Below are positions 28,802-32,000 of a stretch of DNA of 32,000 bases, in pieces. The notes under the pieces are model-generated. The model did no database searches, was not told the origin of the DNA, and saw only the letters and a program-made list of their open reading frames with translations. The position numbers were made by a program, and so were the translations under genes. Each line of letters starts with the position of its first letter. Within the stretch, counting starts at the first letter, position 1. Origin of the DNA: Raphidiopsis brookii D9 (lineage in GTDB: Bacteria; Cyanobacteriota; Cyanobacteriia; Cyanobacteriales; Nostocaceae); assembly GCA_000175855.1 (NCBI GenBank), contig ACYB01000007.1, forward strand, positions 30,001-62,000, read 5' to 3'.

Positions 28802-30746
28802 TATAAATGGAGTCGTGATCACCGGAACCAGTTGTTCTTTCCACGTTCTAATTTGTAGTTGGGCATCCGCATAAGCTGAACTACTACGAGGAACTAATCT
28901 GGCAGTTTCAATACTCTTGACCAGGTCAACTTGGCTTTGAGAACGAGCCATTTCTAATATTTGCTGACCCCATCGATCAATGGCAATGTTGACATCCATG
29001 CGTAAAACATTACTCTGAGAAACACGGTTGGCTATCCGTATGGCCTCAGACAAGGCTTCTGCTGTGCCAATACTAGCTAGATCCCTAGCTTTTCTCCAAT
29101 TTTCTCGGGCGCGTATTTGCCCTTGCCATGTGTCAAGTGCTGCTTGTGCTTCACCTGCTAATGCTCTCCCGGATATAGCAATTTTTCTCGCCTCCTGCAC
29201 AGCACCATTCAAGTCCCCACTTTCAGCTAACACTATGGCCCTATCTAAATAGGGTTGATCTTCAATACGCTGAATGCTGGCATTCCAGGAGCGGATTCTC
29301 CTTTGTGCTTTTGAGTATAGGGCCCGACCTGAAGAAATTTGACTGGCTTCGGCGATCGCACTTTGTAAAGAATTAATATCTCCAGCATTAGCAATTTGTT
29401 CTGCTCGGTCCAAATAAGGTCTGTCTTGAATGGTCTCTATTTGGTCATTCCAACGCTCAATTTGGGTTTGAGCTTCTTGGGCGCGAGGGTTTTGAGATGG
29501 AATTTGTTGCGCTTGAGATATGGCAGATCTTAAATCCTCAATGGTACCCCTATTAGCTAAATCCCGAGCTTGTTCTAACTTAGTTACATCCTCAATTTCC
29601 AATTGCCAAAGGGAAATAAGTTCTTTAGCTTTACCATATACCTTCCGGGAAGGATCTATCTGTTGGGCTTGAAAAATGGCATTCTCCAAGCCTAAAATCG
29701 TTCCTAACCAGGCATTTCTTTGGGCTTCTCCCAAATCTATAAAATCATCAATTTCCGATTGTAAGGAGGGAATAGGAGGGATTTTTCCGGCAATTTCCAA
29801 ACCCTTATCTGCATCCCTTCCTTCCATTTGAGCTTGTGCTAATTTCAGCATTTTTCGCCCAAATTGAGGAACTAATTCTTGAGCCTTCTTGTACAAGTAG
29901 CTTTCTGATTTAACCGACTTTACTAACTTAATAGCCGCTAAAATATCATTAACAGAATTACGGGCAGCTAAGGAATCAGCCTTATCCAGTTTATCAGTGT
30001 CTTCCCGCGCATTTACAACTATTTGATTTAATTGGTCGTATTTCGTAGTTGACCAAAATCTATTATTAATACGGAGTAATTTAGATGATAGCACAAAAGC
30101 TGATTGCCAACGCCTGTTTTGTAATTCTCCAATGGAGGACTGGTAGATTTCCTCAGCTGTTGACCAGGTAGATTGCCATTTGAGTATTTTCTCTTCCACA
30201 AACTGACGATCTTCCAAACTTTCTGGAATTTTTTTGGTCAGTAGCTATTGCTTCCTCCAAATTTCCCGATTGGAAGCTCTTCTCCGCCAAATTTATAATG
30301 TCCCGTGACCACTCCTGCAATAGATCATTAATTTGCCCTCTTAGAGGATGATCCTGTGGTAAATCCTTCACTAAAGCTATAGCTTGTAATAAATCATTAA
30401 CCGTCTGTTTGGAAGCAGCCAGGTTAGCACAGTGGACGCGCATCGAAGCACTGGCTAAAGGCCAGAATATTCTAGGACAGTTAGGAGCGGAAGGTAGTTT
30501 AAGTAAGATAGCTACTGATATAATACCCATGGTGCTGGGAATAAACGCTAGCACCAAAAACCACCATATCCAGCTTTTCTTCCACATTCCTAATTCCCAT
30601 ATCTTATTGCGATCGCTATGCTGAATAGCGTTCCTACCGGATGATTGATTGACCTGGACTTCTGAATCTGGGGACAATCTTGGATTTTGCTCTGGTTTTG
30701 TGGTCTCAACCGGAGAAAAACCTCCTGAAATATCCTGATCTGTCAT
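28778..30746 (-). pseudogene. membrane-anchored protein with ~50-aa alpha-helical repeats, split by an apparent 1-nt insertion in homopolymer 30229-30235 (possibly a sequencing error)
   Basis: ORF 30153-30746 (TM WKKSWIWWFLVLAFIPSTMGIISVAILL) continues into ORF 28778-30217 if one A is removed from the A7 run: ...GNLEEAIATDQKIPESLEDRQFVEEKILKWQ... Confidence 0.8.
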
Positions 30747-30958
30747 CTCTCACACCACACTAAATTGATTAACAGTCCATTTTGACAAATTTATCCTATC
30801 AACTCCAGAAGGTAGTGCGGGTGCGGTCCAGTGTATAGACTGACACCCACCCACTCCGCTCTTTAAAACTTATCTAAAAGTATATACATCAGGGAATATG
30901 CTTAACTTAATTTTAGTATTGTTTTAATTCTAGTGTTATTTTACCATGTTAGAATAAT

Positions 30959-31861
30959 TTAACTTTTAAAATTTTGTAAATCCACAATTAGTTGAGCTAG
31001 ATTATCAGTGCTTGCTTGATAAACACTACCGCAAAAATCGCAGGTAGCTTCAGCTCCGTTGTCCTTGAGAATCATATCTTGTAATTCGGACTCTCCCAAC
31101 ATTTTCAACGCTCCTAGCACGCGCTCAAAGGAACAACCACAATGAAAGCGCAGAAGCTGACTTTCAGGAAAAATTGTCAGCTCCATATCCCCCAATAAAT
31201 CCTCAAAAATGTCGGTTAAGCTTTTACCCGCTTGTAATAATGGTGTAAATCCAGATAATGCTGACACTCTCGATTCCAGTCTTTCCACCAGAACTTCGTC
31301 TCTGGCAACTTTTGGCAGAACTTGAATTAAAATTCCTCCAGCTGCAGTTACACCGCCCGAACCAACAAACACACCCAACACCAAAGCGGAAGGGGTTTGC
31401 TCGGAGTTGACTAGGTAATGGGTAACATCATCCCCAATCTCTCCGGACACTAGTTCTACCGTACTAGAATAGGGATAGCCATAACCAATATCTTTAACTA
31501 CATACAAATACCCTTTGCCCACAGCACCTCCCACGTCCAGTTTACCCTTAGTGTTGGGTAGTAGTTCTATGGATGGGTTGCCCACGTAACCCCTGACTGT
31601 TCCATCCAGTCCAGCATCTACTAATATACCCCCTAATGGCCCATCTCCCTTTACTCGCAGGTTAATTCTTGAACCAGAGCGTTTCATCCCTGAAGCCATT
31701 AGCAAACCTGCTGACATAGTTCTTCCCAGAGCTGCTGTAGCTACATAGGAAAGTTTATGGCGCACTCTTGCCTCTTCGACTAACTTTGTGGTGATTACAC
31801 CGACCGCTCGAATGCCACCGTTTGCCGCTGTGGCCCGCATTAGTTTGTCCGCCATAAACAC
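30959..31861 (-). CDS. hslO: Hsp33 family redox-regulated chaperone
   Basis: ADKLMRATAANGGIRAVGV, LLMASGMKR, VKGDGPLGGILVDA, C-terminal CGCSFERVLGAL ... CDFCGSVY redox zinc site. Confidence 0.96.
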   Translation of the reverse strand: MFMADKLMRATAANGGIRAVGVITTKLVEEARVRHKLSYVATAALGRTMSAGLLMASGMKRSGSRINLRVKGDGPLGGILVDAGLDGTVRGYVGNPSIELLPNTKGKLDVGGAVGKGYLYVVKDIGYGYPYSSTVELVSGEIGDDVTHYLVNSEQTPSALVLGVFVGSGGVTAAGGILIQVLPKVARDEVLVERLESRVSALSGFTPLLQAGKSLTDIFEDLLGDMELTIFPESQLLRFHCGCSFERVLGALKMLGESELQDMILKDNGAEATCDFCGSVYQASTDNLAQLIVDLQNFKS

Positions 31862-32000
31862 CTTTACTATTTACAAAAAACTGCTCAGGTAACCATTTGG
31901 GTTTAAACACTGGAGAAGATTCTTCCATAATCATTATTTACTATATCATAGTTAATGCTGACTTCCATCTTAAAATTGGGGATTTAAACGGTTCATACCG

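Noticed and set aside
30153-30746. Separate small membrane protein with a separate soluble gene at 28778-30217
   Set aside because: Joining the two frames across the A7 run gives one continuous helical-repeat protein, so two genes is the weaker explanation.
30808-30860. GC-rich AGTGCGGGTG ... CACCCACCCACT segment as a terminator or ncRNA
   Set aside because: Pairing is imperfect and there is no T-tract; insufficient support for a call.
1-32000. Defence island, CRISPR-Cas, retron, BGC or prophage
   Set aside because: Apart from the orphan helicase and the partial IS, the genes are conserved metabolic, chaperone and pigment functions; no cas, RT, toxin-antitoxin, NRPS/PKS or phage structural genes were seen.

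Overview
Cyanobacterial (Nostocales-like) chromosomal window, mostly housekeeping genes. Left edge: the 3' part of an IS630/ISY100-type transposase with a likely programmed -1 frameshift. It abuts an ABC importer cassette (ATPase, permease, allophanate-hydrolase-C-like protein) with no visible substrate-binding protein. Then follow a CHASE-domain histidine kinase, an MBL-fold protein lacking several metal ligands, an EGY-like site-2 protease, typA, hsp20, aroE, a divergent succinyl-CoA-synthetase-like pair, an M61/PDZ peptidase, comB, cpcT, carotenoid oxygenase, LPLAT-like acyltransferase, dapL, SF2 helicase, lexA, argF, tRNA-Thr(UGU), a fructosamine-kinase family protein, M16 peptidase, crtD-like oxidoreductase, a membrane-anchored ~50-aa-repeat protein and hslO. 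Best leads: (1) the SucC/SucD-like pair appears to have lost the phospho-His and other catalytic or nucleotide-binding residues; (2) comB, argF and the repeat protein are each split by an apparent 1-nt indel, two in clear homopolymers and one in a short G4A2 run, which suggests consensus errors or recent decay; (3) a perfect match to the cyanobacterial LexA box lies just upstream of lexA; (4) the IS630 remnant sits directly against the ABC cassette. I found no CRISPR array, rRNA or convincing new defence system.
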